A stretch of 29,982 bases of DNA from Gammaproteobacteria bacterium (lineage in GTDB: Bacteria; Pseudomonadota; Gammaproteobacteria; PS1; Pseudothioglobaceae). The notes beneath the pieces are model-generated. The model was not told the origin of the DNA and ran no database searches. It saw nothing but the letters and a program-made list of their open reading frames with translations. This document shows, piece after piece, positions 20,574 through 29,758 of the stretch. The stretch covers positions 1 through 29,982 of the forward strand of contig JAPYQD010000001.1 in the NCBI GenBank assembly GCA_029937335.1. The letters run 5' to 3'. The position numbers and the translations under genes are program-made. Numbering within the stretch: the first letter of the stretch is position 1; every line of letters begins with the position of its first letter.

Positions 20574-22189
20574 TAGGCGTTAATGCGTTTATTGATAGTC
20601 CACTGCTGTGCAATAGATAAGACGTTGTTAAACACCCAATAAAGCACTAAGCCTGATGGGAACCACAAGAAGAAAATGGTAAACACAAATGGCAACGACA
20701 TCATGATCTTCGCTTGCATTGGGTCAGGCGGCGGCGGGTTAAGTTTTTGCTGTATAAACATAGACGCACCCATGATAATTGGCAAGATGTAGTAAGGGTC
20801 TTGCGTTGATAGATCGGTTAACCACCAAAACGATGTTTGGCGTAATTCGACGGTATCAAGTAGCATCCAGTAAAAAGCAATAAACACTGGAATTTGCACC
20901 ATGATTGGCAAACAACCAGAGGCCGGATTGATCTTTTCTTTCTTGTACAGCTCCATGGTTTTTTGACCCATCTTTTGTTTGTCATCGCCATAGGTCTCTT
21001 TAAGCTTAGTCAATCTTGGCGAGAGTTTTCTCATGCCTGCCATTGAGCGGTAAGACTTTTCACTGAGTGGATAGAAAACTAGCTTGATTAAAATAGTAAT
21101 GATGATGATCGACCAACCCCAGCTATCGATAAAGTCATTGATCTTATGGATGGCCCAAGACAATGGATCTGCCAAGATGTCTAACCAGCCATAGTCAAGT
21201 GTGTAGTTTAATCCAGTAGCCACTTCTTCAATCTTGCCATATTCTTTAGGTCCAAGATAAAGTTGATTAGCAGCTAGTGTTGCACTACTACCGGCGCCAA
21301 GGCTAATTTGTTGGTTGGCATTTGTTAGCTTGTGTAAGTTGTTGCTTGAGCTGGCAGAAAACGTCTGAGATTCATTTTGATTTGGAATCCAAGCAGCAAT
21401 GAAATATTGCTGAACCATTGCCATCCAGCCACCCGTTGATTGTTGTGCGTTAAACTCATCCCAATCATCAAACTCATTTTTTTGTACTGTATGGTCTGTC
21501 TTGTCATAAACGATACCACCGGTAAAAGTCGGCATCATCATGTTGGATTGATCAATTGCACTTCTACTTAGACGTACATAGCTTTTAACCGGAATGGCTT
21601 GATTAGAATTGTTGGTGATTTGATAATCAACCTCAACAATGTAACTGTCTTTTTTAAAGTGAAAATTCTTAGTGACTGTGGTGCCATCTTTGCCTTGCCA
21701 AGTCAGCGGTACGGTGAGTGTGTCAGTAGACAACTGATAGTTTGAATTAGTAGAGTTAAATAAGGATAAATGGGTTGGCAATAAATCATCACGTGAGGCT
21801 AAACCACTTTGTGCTTGAAACAATGCACCGGTTTTGTCACTCAATAATTGGAATTTTTCTTCGCCACCTTTTTCTATAGGGAAGGTATTAAGATAGGCGT
21901 TTTGAATAGTACCGCCTTTGTGGCTAATTTCTACCGTTAATAAATCAGTGGTAACCGTGGTATAACCGTGTGACTCGCTAATACTTGGTGCGGTTGGTAG
22001 ATCAATTTGTGTTGCCTCTGTGTTGATCATTGGCACATCAGTATTTTTTGTGCTGGTATCGAGTGTGATTTGGGTTTTGCGTACGACATTGCCATTTTCA
22101 TCGGTGACATGAGTGATTTGCCACTTGTCCCACAACAAGAAAACTGTTAAGAAAATTGCAATACCGAGAAATAGTTTTTGATTGTTCAT
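20573..22189 (-). CDS. yidC: membrane protein insertase YidC
   Basis: N-terminal TM, periplasmic domain, LDYGWL, GWSIIIITILIK, SMAGMRKLSP, NPASGCLP, FPSGLVLYW. Confidence 0.97.
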   Translation of the reverse strand: MNNQKLFLGIAIFLTVFLLWDKWQITHVTDENGNVVRKTQITLDTSTKNTDVPMINTEATQIDLPTAPSISESHGYTTVTTDLLTVEISHKGGTIQNAYLNTFPIEKGGEEKFQLLSDKTGALFQAQSGLASRDDLLPTHLSLFNSTNSNYQLSTDTLTVPLTWQGKDGTTVTKNFHFKKDSYIVEVDYQITNNSNQAIPVKSYVRLSRSAIDQSNMMMPTFTGGIVYDKTDHTVQKNEFDDWDEFNAQQSTGGWMAMVQQYFIAAWIPNQNESQTFSASSSNNLHKLTNANQQISLGAGSSATLAANQLYLGPKEYGKIEEVATGLNYTLDYGWLDILADPLSWAIHKINDFIDSWGWSIIIITILIKLVFYPLSEKSYRSMAGMRKLSPRLTKLKETYGDDKQKMGQKTMELYKKEKINPASGCLPIMVQIPVFIAFYWMLLDTVELRQTSFWWLTDLSTQDPYYILPIIMGASMFIQQKLNPPPPDPMQAKIMMSLPFVFTIFFLWFPSGLVLYWVFNNVLSIAQQWTINKRINA

Positions 22190-22205
22190 AAGAATAATTT
22201 ATTGA

Positions 22206-22430
22206 TTAATGAATGTGTTTTTTTGGCACTGGATCAAATCCGCCATCGTGCCACGGATGACATTTTCCAATGCGTTTTGCACTTAGTGCAAAACCCTTAA
22301 AGAAGCCATGTTCTTTCACAGCATCATAAGAATATTGTGAGCAGGTTGGATCAAAGCGACAATTAGCACCTAAAAACGGACTGATAAATAGCTGATAAAA
22401 TTTAATGGGAATAAGCAATAAATAACGCAT
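22206..22430 (-). CDS. yidD: membrane protein insertion efficiency factor
   Basis: [34 protein letters not shown]. Confidence 0.96.
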   Translation of the reverse strand: MRYLLLIPIKFYQLFISPFLGANCRFDPTCSQYSYDAVKEHGFFKGFALSAKRIGKCHPWHDGGFDPVPKKHIH

Positions 22431-22438
22431 AATTCAAA

Positions 22439-22780
22439 TTATTTTTTCATCACCTGTTTAAATAAATTTAGTAATTCAGTAGATAATTCTGGGTTTTTGG
22501 TTGGCTTAGCGTTTCTGGCCATAACCACAAATCCCCAATTATCTAAGTGCGGTTGCGCCACCCTAAAAGTTTCTCTAGCAACACGCTTGAATCGGTTTCT
22601 ATCAACAGCCAAACGCGTTACTTTTTTTGAAATTGCTAAACCTAAACGCGGCCTAGGGTCCTGAATAGGTTTTGCAATGATTTGCCAATATTTACCTTTG
22701 GCCCGCTTACCCCCTTTAAAGACATGGGTGTATTCGCCGGGTTTTAGGATTTTGGCCTCACGTGTCAGCCGTAGAGACAT
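22439..22780 (-). CDS. rnpA: ribonuclease P protein component
   Basis: PRLGLAISKK, AVDRNRFKRVARE (RNR motif). Confidence 0.96.
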   Translation of the reverse strand: MSLRLTREAKILKPGEYTHVFKGGKRAKGKYWQIIAKPIQDPRPRLGLAISKKVTRLAVDRNRFKRVARETFRVAQPHLDNWGFVVMARNAKPTKNPELSTELLNLFKQVMKK

Positions 22781-22920
22781 TAAGCAGCTAAACGCTTGCG
22801 TCCTTTTCTTCTACGAGCATTGATGACTGCACGGCCAGACTTGGTGCTCATTCTTGATCTAAAGCCATGAGTACGTTTGCGTTTTAAAACACTGGGTTGG
22901 AAGGTTCTTTTCTGTTTCAT
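22780..22920 (-). CDS. rpmH: 50S ribosomal protein L34 (46 aa, absent from the ORF track)
   Basis: Manual translation [51 protein letters not shown] overlap with rnpA. Confidence 0.98.
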   Translation of the reverse strand: MKQKRTFQPSVLKRKRTHGFRSRMSTKSGRAVINARRRKGRKRLAA

Positions 22921-22949
22921 AATAGAATATCAGCCAATAAAATCTTGCA

Positions 22950-22958
22950 ATTTTACCA
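22950..22958 (-). promoter_or_regulatory. putative extended -10 promoter (TGGTAAAAT) of the rpmH operon
   Basis: TG-G-TAAAAT on the minus strand, 30 nt upstream of the rpmH ATG. Confidence 0.45.
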
Positions 22959-23009
22959 TAAATCATAATACGCCTTGCAAATAACTATGATAATTTATAA
23001 TAACGCTAA

Positions 23010-23023
23010 TATTGTCGACAATA
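23010..23023. promoter_or_regulatory. perfect 14-bp palindrome TATTGTCGACAATA, operator candidate upstream of dprA
   Basis: Lies between a plus-strand TATAAT (22996-23001) and the dprA ATG (23031). Confidence 0.45.
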
Positions 23024-23030
23024 GGCTGAA

Positions 23031-24119
23031 ATGGATTTAATTTACTGGTTGATGTTACTCAAAGCGCCCCACTTGGGTGTGCGTACTTTTTATAAGGCGC
23101 TTAAAATTTTCGAAACACCCGAACAGGTGTTTTTGGCATCAAAAGCAACGCGCAAAGAATGTGGACTGTTTCGTCAAGTGACACTTGATTATTTAGAGCA
23201 ACAGGACGTTTCAACGGTACAAGCCGACCTTGATTGGGCCGAGGCGGAGGACTGCCATATTCTAACTTTGGTTGATGAGGGCTATCCTCAGCAACTTAAA
23301 ACTATTGCTGATCCACCACCAGTGTTATATATACGAGGCGATATCGCTTGTTTGTCTGAACCACAGCTTGCGATTGTGGGCAGTCGTAATCCAACCCCAG
23401 CGGGCAAACAAAACGCCCAACAGTTTGCTAAGGCACTATCTAAAGTAGGCTTGGTGATTACCTCGGGAATGGCCAGCGGTATTGATGCCAGTGCACACAT
23501 TGGTGCGTTAGAAGCTGGTCAACTAACCATTGCAGTTTGTGGAACCGGGCTTGATCGTATTTACCCAGCAAAGCATAAATCGTTGGCACACCAAATTTCA
23601 ACCCAGGGTGCACTGGTATCTGAATTCTCTATTGGAACCTCACCCATAGCAAATAATTTTCCAAGACGTAACCGGATTATTAGTGGTTTAAGCCTAGGCA
23701 CTCTAGTGGTTGAAGCCAGCATTAAAAGCGGCACCATGATTACGGCTAAATTAGCTGCTGATCAAGGCAAAGAAGTGTTTGCTATTCCAAGCTCAATCCA
23801 CAATCCATTGTCACAAGGCTGTCATCAATTAATTAAACAAGGGGCGAAATTAGTGGAGAATATTGAAGACATTGTTGAAGAGCTATCACTAGATTTAGAG
23901 GTGCCTTTATCAGACAATAACGCACCTATTTATACAAAAGATGTAGACAACACCCCCTCTGTGCTATTAAAATGCTTGAGTTATGAAGCCATGAGTATTG
24001 ATGAAATGGTTGAAAAAAGTGAGTTAAGCCCCCAAGTCATTACACAAGAGTTGCTTTTATTAGAACTTGCAAACAGGGTGACAAAGGTTGGTGGCTCTGG
24101 CTATCTATTAACTAAGTGA
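23031..24119 (+). CDS. dprA: DNA processing protein DprA (Smf)
   Basis: IADPPPVLYIRG, AIVGSR, ITSGMASGID, FPRRNRIISGLS, GCHQLIKQGA. Confidence 0.96.
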   Translation: MDLIYWLMLLKAPHLGVRTFYKALKIFETPEQVFLASKATRKECGLFRQVTLDYLEQQDVSTVQADLDWAEAEDCHILTLVDEGYPQQLKTIADPPPVLYIRGDIACLSEPQLAIVGSRNPTPAGKQNAQQFAKALSKVGLVITSGMASGIDASAHIGALEAGQLTIAVCGTGLDRIYPAKHKSLAHQISTQGALVSEFSIGTSPIANNFPRRNRIISGLSLGTLVVEASIKSGTMITAKLAADQGKEVFAIPSSIHNPLSQGCHQLIKQGAKLVENIEDIVEELSLDLEVPLSDNNAPIYTKDVDNTPSVLLKCLSYEAMSIDEMVEKSELSPQVITQELLLLELANRVTKVGGSGYLLTK

Positions 24120-24126
24120 GATTTTT

Positions 24127-24615
24127 ATGACACACAATATTCTTGATGTACTAACTTATATGTTCGACTATTTGTTTGAAGAGGCAGAGCAAGATTCGTC
24201 TAATGAAATTGATGATATCGCTCTCAAGGCCCATCTTTCGGATGCTGGTTTCGAAGAAGTTCGCATTGAAAAAGCCCTTAGCTGGCTAGAAAATATTGCC
24301 ACCTTGCAAGATGGCAGCGTTAAACCATTTGCCAATACCCGTGGTGGTATGCGTATTTATAGTGATGCAGAAAAACTAAAGTTGGACGCTAAATCTCGTG
24401 GCTTTTTATTATTCATGGAAAACATGGGCCAAGTAGATGCCAACCAGCGTGAAATGATCATTGATCAAATTATGTCATTAGGTGATTCTTCAGTATCTTT
24501 GGATGATTTGAAGTGGGTAGTAATGATGGTGTTGGGTAACAGTAATGACGAAGAAATTTCAGCACAATGGTTGGAATCAATTGTATTCCTTGACGATAAC
24601 CATACCGTTCAATAA
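24127..24615 (+). CDS. smg: Smg / DUF494 family protein
   Basis: ILDVLTYMFD, LSDAGF, RIYSDAE, REMIIDQIM, LDDLKWVVMMVL. dprA-smg-topA synteny. Confidence 0.9.
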   Translation: MTHNILDVLTYMFDYLFEEAEQDSSNEIDDIALKAHLSDAGFEEVRIEKALSWLENIATLQDGSVKPFANTRGGMRIYSDAEKLKLDAKSRGFLLFMENMGQVDANQREMIIDQIMSLGDSSVSLDDLKWVVMMVLGNSNDEEISAQWLESIVFLDDNHTVQ

Positions 24616-26954
24616 TGTCAAAAAATCTTGTCATTGTTGAGTCCCCCGCAAAAGCCAAAACAATTGAAAAGTTCTTAGGCAAAGACTATACCGTTAAGTC
24701 GAGTATTGGTCATATTCGTGACATGGCTAAGAAAAACGGTATTGAGATTGAAAACAATTTCAAGCCTAATTATGAAATCAGCGACGACAAGAAAAAAGTC
24801 GTAGCCGATCTTCGAAAGGCAGTCAAAAAATCTGAGCAAGTCTATCTCGCAACTGATGAGGACCGCGAGGGAGAAGCGATCGCCTGGCATTTATTAGAAG
24901 CCTTAAATTTACCGAAAGATACGCCACGTATTGTTTTCCATGAAATCACTAAGGGCGCAATTACAAAAGCGATTCAACAGCCAAGAACGGTGAACTTTGA
25001 TGTTGTTGATGCACAACAAGCCAGGCGTGTGATTGACCGTTTGGTGGGTTTTGAAATCTCAGGCGTTTTATGGAAAAAAGTTTCAGGCGCGAAGTCAGCA
25101 GGTAGGGTGCAGTCCCCAGTGGTGCGTTTGGTGGTTGAAAGAGAAAGAGAAATCAATGACCATACGGTTAAAAGCACTTTTAAAATTAAAGCTGATTTGG
25201 TGAATGATACAGGTGAATTAGTTGAGGCAAAACTTGATAAAGACTTTGCAACAAAAGATGAAGCGCTTGAGTTTGCCAATGCATTATTAGACGCAACATT
25301 CAGCGTTAATAGTATTGAAAAAAGACCCTCTAAGCGTTCGCCAAAGTCACCCTTTATTACTTCGACCTTGCAACAAGAGGCTTCGCAAAAACTCGGTTTC
25401 TCAGTTAAACAAACCATGACCTTGGCGCAGAACCTCTATCGAGAAGGCGCAATTACTTACATGAGAACTGACTCATTCACATTATCTGAAGAGGCAATTG
25501 CAGCAGCCCAAAAGGAAATTACTTCCAAGTATGGTGCTGAGTACCATCAAGCGAGACGCTATAAAACAAAAGATGCAGGTGCACAAGAAGCCCATGAGGC
25601 CATTCGACCAACAGATTTAACCAAGCCAGAGATTTATGGTTTAGAAGACCAAGCAGCCAAACTTTATGCATTAATTTATAAGCGTACGCTAGCCTCACAA
25701 ATGAGTGATGCCAAATTACAAAAAACACAAATCAAAACCAATATTTCTAATCGTGATGAGAGCTTCCTAGCCAACGGTGAAATATTGGTATTCCCGGGCT
25801 TTTTAAGTGTTTATGATTATTTGTCATCAGACGACAAATTATTACCTGATTTAAGCCAAGGTGACGAGCTAACCTTGGTCAGTTTTGCAGCGAGAGAAAG
25901 TTTTTCACGTGCTAAGCCGCGCTACACCGAAGCCTCTTTGGTTAAAAAAATTGAAGAAATGGGTATTGGTCGCCCTTCTACTTTTGCCACCATGGTGTCA
26001 ACCGTGCAAGACCGAAACTATGTCACTAAAGAAACGCGAGAAGGCGTAGAGCGTGCGTACCAACTTATTGAAATCAATGAGGGTAAGGTTGAGCAGTCAG
26101 AGCCGATAGAAAATGCAGGTGCTGAGAAAAATAAACTTTTTCCAACTAGCGTTGCCTACCTATTGACCGACTTTTTGGTTAAGCATTTTGGCGACATTGT
26201 TGATTACAAATTCACGGCAAACTTAGAAACTGATTTTGATACTATTGCCAATCAGGGTGTTGTTTGGCAAAGTGTGGTCAAAGAGTTCTACGGCCCTTTC
26301 CATGCAAAAATTGAAGCAGCAGATGATATCTCTAGAGAAGAGACACACGGTATGCGTGACCTTGGTGTGGATCCGAAGAGTGGTAAACCGGTTAGTGTAC
26401 GCTTTGGCCGCTTTGGCCCTTTCGCACAAATTGGCCATAAAGATGACGAAGACAAGCCAGCTTTTGCTTCATTACGTGGCAGCCTTGTTATCGAAACCAT
26501 TACCTTAGATGAAGCGTTAGAGTTATTTGACATGCCACGTACGGTAGGTGAAACCGATGATTTTGGTGTTATTAAAGCTAACTACGGTCGCTTTGGCCCC
26601 TACATACAATATGGCAAGAAATATGTCTCTTTAAAAGAAGATATTCCTGAAGATGTCACACTTGAAAAAGCACTGGAGCTAATCGCCGCTAAAGAAAAGT
26701 TTGATGCCGAACGTATTATCAAAACCTTTGATGATTCTGAAATTCAAATTCTCAATGGTCGTTTTGGCCCTTACATTTGGAACGGCAAGAAAAAAGGCAA
26801 AGGTCAAAAGAACATCACTATTTCTAAATTATTTGGCGATAAAGAACCAAGCGAACTCACACTAGAAGAGTGTAAAAAAGCCATTTCTGGCAAAATCAAA
26901 TCTAAAGCTGCTAAGCGTAAAAAGAAAGCCAAGAAAGTCTCAAAAAAATCATAG
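24615..26954 (+). CDS. topA: DNA topoisomerase I (type IA) with non-zinc C-terminal GRFGP repeats
   Basis: LVIVESPAKAKTI, LATDEDREGEAI, SAGRVQS, catalytic ITYMRTDS, AQEAHEAIRPT, GIGRPST, three GRFGP repeats, Lys-rich tail. Confidence 0.97.
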   Translation: MSKNLVIVESPAKAKTIEKFLGKDYTVKSSIGHIRDMAKKNGIEIENNFKPNYEISDDKKKVVADLRKAVKKSEQVYLATDEDREGEAIAWHLLEALNLPKDTPRIVFHEITKGAITKAIQQPRTVNFDVVDAQQARRVIDRLVGFEISGVLWKKVSGAKSAGRVQSPVVRLVVEREREINDHTVKSTFKIKADLVNDTGELVEAKLDKDFATKDEALEFANALLDATFSVNSIEKRPSKRSPKSPFITSTLQQEASQKLGFSVKQTMTLAQNLYREGAITYMRTDSFTLSEEAIAAAQKEITSKYGAEYHQARRYKTKDAGAQEAHEAIRPTDLTKPEIYGLEDQAAKLYALIYKRTLASQMSDAKLQKTQIKTNISNRDESFLANGEILVFPGFLSVYDYLSSDDKLLPDLSQGDELTLVSFAARESFSRAKPRYTEASLVKKIEEMGIGRPSTFATMVSTVQDRNYVTKETREGVERAYQLIEINEGKVEQSEPIENAGAEKNKLFPTSVAYLLTDFLVKHFGDIVDYKFTANLETDFDTIANQGVVWQSVVKEFYGPFHAKIEAADDISREETHGMRDLGVDPKSGKPVSVRFGRFGPFAQIGHKDDEDKPAFASLRGSLVIETITLDEALELFDMPRTVGETDDFGVIKANYGRFGPYIQYGKKYVSLKEDIPEDVTLEKALELIAAKEKFDAERIIKTFDDSEIQILNGRFGPYIWNGKKKGKGQKNITISKLFGDKEPSELTLEECKKAISGKIKSKAAKRKKKAKKVSKKS

Positions 26955-27029
26955 CCTTACTATCACATGGCTATTTATGAGCTTTGCGGTGTAAAATACA
27001 AGGCATTTAATTAATAACGGTAGGTTTCT

Positions 27030-27212
27030 ATGTTGCTAATAAGTGAAGTCATCATTGCAAATCCGCAAATTGATGATTTTGAAGGTTTGGTTGTTGCACT
27101 TAAAGCCATTGCCAAAACATCAGACGAGCGTTTTTTTCAAATGGATGTTAAGCCTGATTATGGCGATACACCAGAGAATTGGGAAGATCGTTTAGAAGCA
27201 GCGTTTTACTAG
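27030..27212 (+). CDS. uncharacterized 60-aa protein
   Basis: Clean ORF that looks protein-like, with an aromatic/acidic C-terminal motif DVKPDYGDTPENWEDRLEAAF. Same strand as its neighbours with short spacers. Confidence 0.8.
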   Translation: MLLISEVIIANPQIDDFEGLVVALKAIAKTSDERFFQMDVKPDYGDTPENWEDRLEAAFY

Positions 27213-27233
27213 AGGCACCCTTAAGGACAACAA

Positions 27234-27950
27234 ATGGGATTTAAATACTTAAATAAAGATCAGGATATTTTTGACGGCGATGACGGCGAAGATGTCTACG
27301 CTAACGAAGAGCAACTACAGTCAAGGTTAGAATATTTTGAAGCACAATTGGCTGGTTTAAGTGAGGGCTCACCCGTTGAAGATAGGATCAAAAATTTATT
27401 AGAAATCGGCCGTATTCAGGTTGAACGCTATAAAGGTTCAGATGCTTGGGAAAAGGCCTTTACCGCCTTTAATTTAGCGCAAGAAGACGAGCTTTGGGAG
27501 TTGGCTGTTGAGGCTTGTGACGTGATGTTTTTATCTGAGGGGCCAGACGCTTTAGTCGCACTTGGGCATGCATTATGGTTGGGTATTACTTTTCCAATTG
27601 ACCCAGAAATTACCGTGGCAATGCTACAACACTTGGTTGAAGAATCACCAGAAGAGGCAGATACTAGAGCGGTGGCGGCAGCGGCAGCGCATTACGTTAC
27701 TTCAATGCGTTGCGGTGAAGATGACGACTTAACGTTTTTTACCTCACAAATGTTGGCCAGTGTTGCTGATAAGCATTCACATATAACCGACCAATCTACT
27801 TTTGACGTATGGCATAGAACGTTGGAATTAGACAAGCCTGAGGTATTTTTAAAGAAATTATCCGGTGCGGTAGATCAGCTAGTAGATGATAAGTGGTGGA
27901 TTGACCGTGATACAATTAGAGCAAAATTAGAAGCTGAGAATACACATTAA
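27234..27950 (+). CDS. uncharacterized acidic alpha-helical 238-aa protein
   Basis: AAGGA SD; amphipathic helical pattern, loosely TPR-like; stop codon directly abuts the trpF ATG. Confidence 0.88.
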   Translation: MGFKYLNKDQDIFDGDDGEDVYANEEQLQSRLEYFEAQLAGLSEGSPVEDRIKNLLEIGRIQVERYKGSDAWEKAFTAFNLAQEDELWELAVEACDVMFLSEGPDALVALGHALWLGITFPIDPEITVAMLQHLVEESPEEADTRAVAAAAAHYVTSMRCGEDDDLTFFTSQMLASVADKHSHITDQSTFDVWHRTLELDKPEVFLKKLSGAVDQLVDDKWWIDRDTIRAKLEAENTH

Positions 27951-28559
27951 ATGAAAATCAAGATTTGCGGATTTACCAATGCCAATAATGCACGAGAAGC
28001 ATCACTTCTCGGTATAGATGCGATTGGCCTGGTGTTTTATGACAAATCGCCTCGTCATGTGGATGTTGAGTCAGCGCTAGAGATTGTCAACGCCTTGCCA
28101 CCATTTATTAATCGCGTGGGTTTATTTGTTAACGCAGATTCTAGCTTTGTTGATGAAGTATTGTGCGAAGTGCCACTTGATACTTTACAGTTTCACGGTG
28201 ATGAGTCGGCAGCTGAATGTAGTCAATACGCCATACCGTTTATCAAAGCGTTACGCGTTAATCAAGATACTAATATTACCCAAATGGCTGATGATTATCA
28301 CCAAGCCAGCGGCTTATTGTTAGACGCTTTTAACAAAGATACTTATGGCGGCACCGGTGAAGCCTTTGACTGGAGTTTGGCCAAGCTTGATATTGATTTA
28401 CCTATTATTCTAGCGGGCGGTTTAAACCCGAATACAGTTGCCGAGGCTATTAGGCAAGTGAGTCCTTATGCGGTTGATGTATCTAGTGGTGTAGAAAGTG
28501 AGCCGGGCATGAAAGACATTGCTAAAATAAAACAATTTATACATAAGGCGCGCTCATGA
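27951..28559 (+). CDS. trpF: phosphoribosylanthranilate isomerase
   Basis: [39 protein letters not shown]. Confidence 0.97.
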   Translation: MKIKICGFTNANNAREASLLGIDAIGLVFYDKSPRHVDVESALEIVNALPPFINRVGLFVNADSSFVDEVLCEVPLDTLQFHGDESAAECSQYAIPFIKALRVNQDTNITQMADDYHQASGLLLDAFNKDTYGGTGEAFDWSLAKLDIDLPIILAGGLNPNTVAEAIRQVSPYAVDVSSGVESEPGMKDIAKIKQFIHKARS

Positions 28560-29758
28560 GTTATTCATTGCCAGACGACAAAGGTCATTTCGAACAATAC
28601 GGTGGTGTTTTCATTGCAGAAACCTTAATGACAGCGGTAACTGAGCTTAAAGAAGCTTATGAAAAATACAAAGATGATGCGGAATTTATTGCTGAGTTTG
28701 AACACGATTTAGAGCATTATGTTGGCCGTACAACGCCACTTTATCATGCTGAAAACCTGAGTAAAAAACTCGGTGGTGCGCAAATTCACTTAAAGCGAGA
28801 AGACCTAAACCATACTGGCGCACACAAGATTAACAATACTATCGGTCAGGCTTTGTTGGCTAAACGTATGGGCAAAACCCGTATTATTGCCGAAACTGGT
28901 GCAGGCCAACACGGCGTGGCAACTGCCACAGTTGCGGCGCGTTTAGGCTTGGAATGTATTGTTTATATGGGTGAGGTTGATGTTGCTCGCCAGGCGCTCA
29001 ATGTATTTCGTATGAAGCTCTTGGGTGCGACTGTTATTCCAGTAACTTCAGGTTCTAAAACTCTAAAAGACGCTCTCAATGAAGCCATGCGTGATTGGGT
29101 CACTAATATCGATGACACCTTTTATATCATTGGTACGGTTGCCGGCCCTCACCCTTACCCGATGATGGTGCGTGATTTTCAAAGCGTGATTGGTAAAGAA
29201 GCTAAAGCACAGTTTGCCGATCAAGTAGGTGGCTTACCAGATGCTCTGGTTGCTTGTGTGGGTGGCGGATCAAATGCTATTGGCTTGTTCCATCCATTTA
29301 TTGACGATCAGTCAGTCGCTATTTATGGTGTGGAAGCGGCAGGCTATGGTTTAGAAAAAGGCCCAACGGCTCATGCAGCACCTCTGTGCGCAGGCAGTGT
29401 CGGTGTATTGCACGGTAACAGAACTTACTTAATGGAAGATGAAAACGGCCAGATTATCGAAGGCCATTCAATTTCAGCAGGCCTGGATTATCCAGGTGTA
29501 GGCCCAGAGCATGCTTATCTTAAGGACTCAGGTCGTGCACAATATGTAGGCATTACTGACGAGGAAGCATTAGAAGCCTTCCACATATTAACCAAAGTTG
29601 AGGGCATCTTGCCAGCGCTTGAGTCCTCTCACGCAGTGGCGTACGGCATTAAACTTGCACAAGAACTAGGCAAAGATAAAAACATCATTATCAATCTCTC
29701 GGGTCGTGGTGATAAAGATATTCATACCATTGCCAAAATCGAAGGCATCGAATTTTAG
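28556..29758 (+). CDS. trpB: tryptophan synthase beta chain
   Basis: [15 protein letters not shown] (PLP Lys), [41 protein letters not shown]. Confidence 0.99.
   Translation: MSYSLPDDKGHFEQYGGVFIAETLMTAVTELKEAYEKYKDDAEFIAEFEHDLEHYVGRTTPLYHAENLSKKLGGAQIHLKREDLNHTGAHKINNTIGQALLAKRMGKTRIIAETGAGQHGVATATVAARLGLECIVYMGEVDVARQALNVFRMKLLGATVIPVTSGSKTLKDALNEAMRDWVTNIDDTFYIIGTVAGPHPYPMMVRDFQSVIGKEAKAQFADQVGGLPDALVACVGGGSNAIGLFHPFIDDQSVAIYGVEAAGYGLEKGPTAHAAPLCAGSVGVLHGNRTYLMEDENGQIIEGHSISAGLDYPGVGPEHAYLKDSGRAQYVGITDEEALEAFHILTKVEGILPALESSHAVAYGIKLAQELGKDKNIIINLSGRGDKDIHTIAKIEGIEF

Noticed and set aside
22921-23030. Possible replication origin upstream of rpmH
   Set aside because: Only 110 bp, with no DnaA boxes and no adjacent dnaA.
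26951-26974. ATAGCC-N12-GGCTAT hairpin after topA
   Set aside because: 6-bp stem, long loop and weak U tract; not supportable as a terminator.
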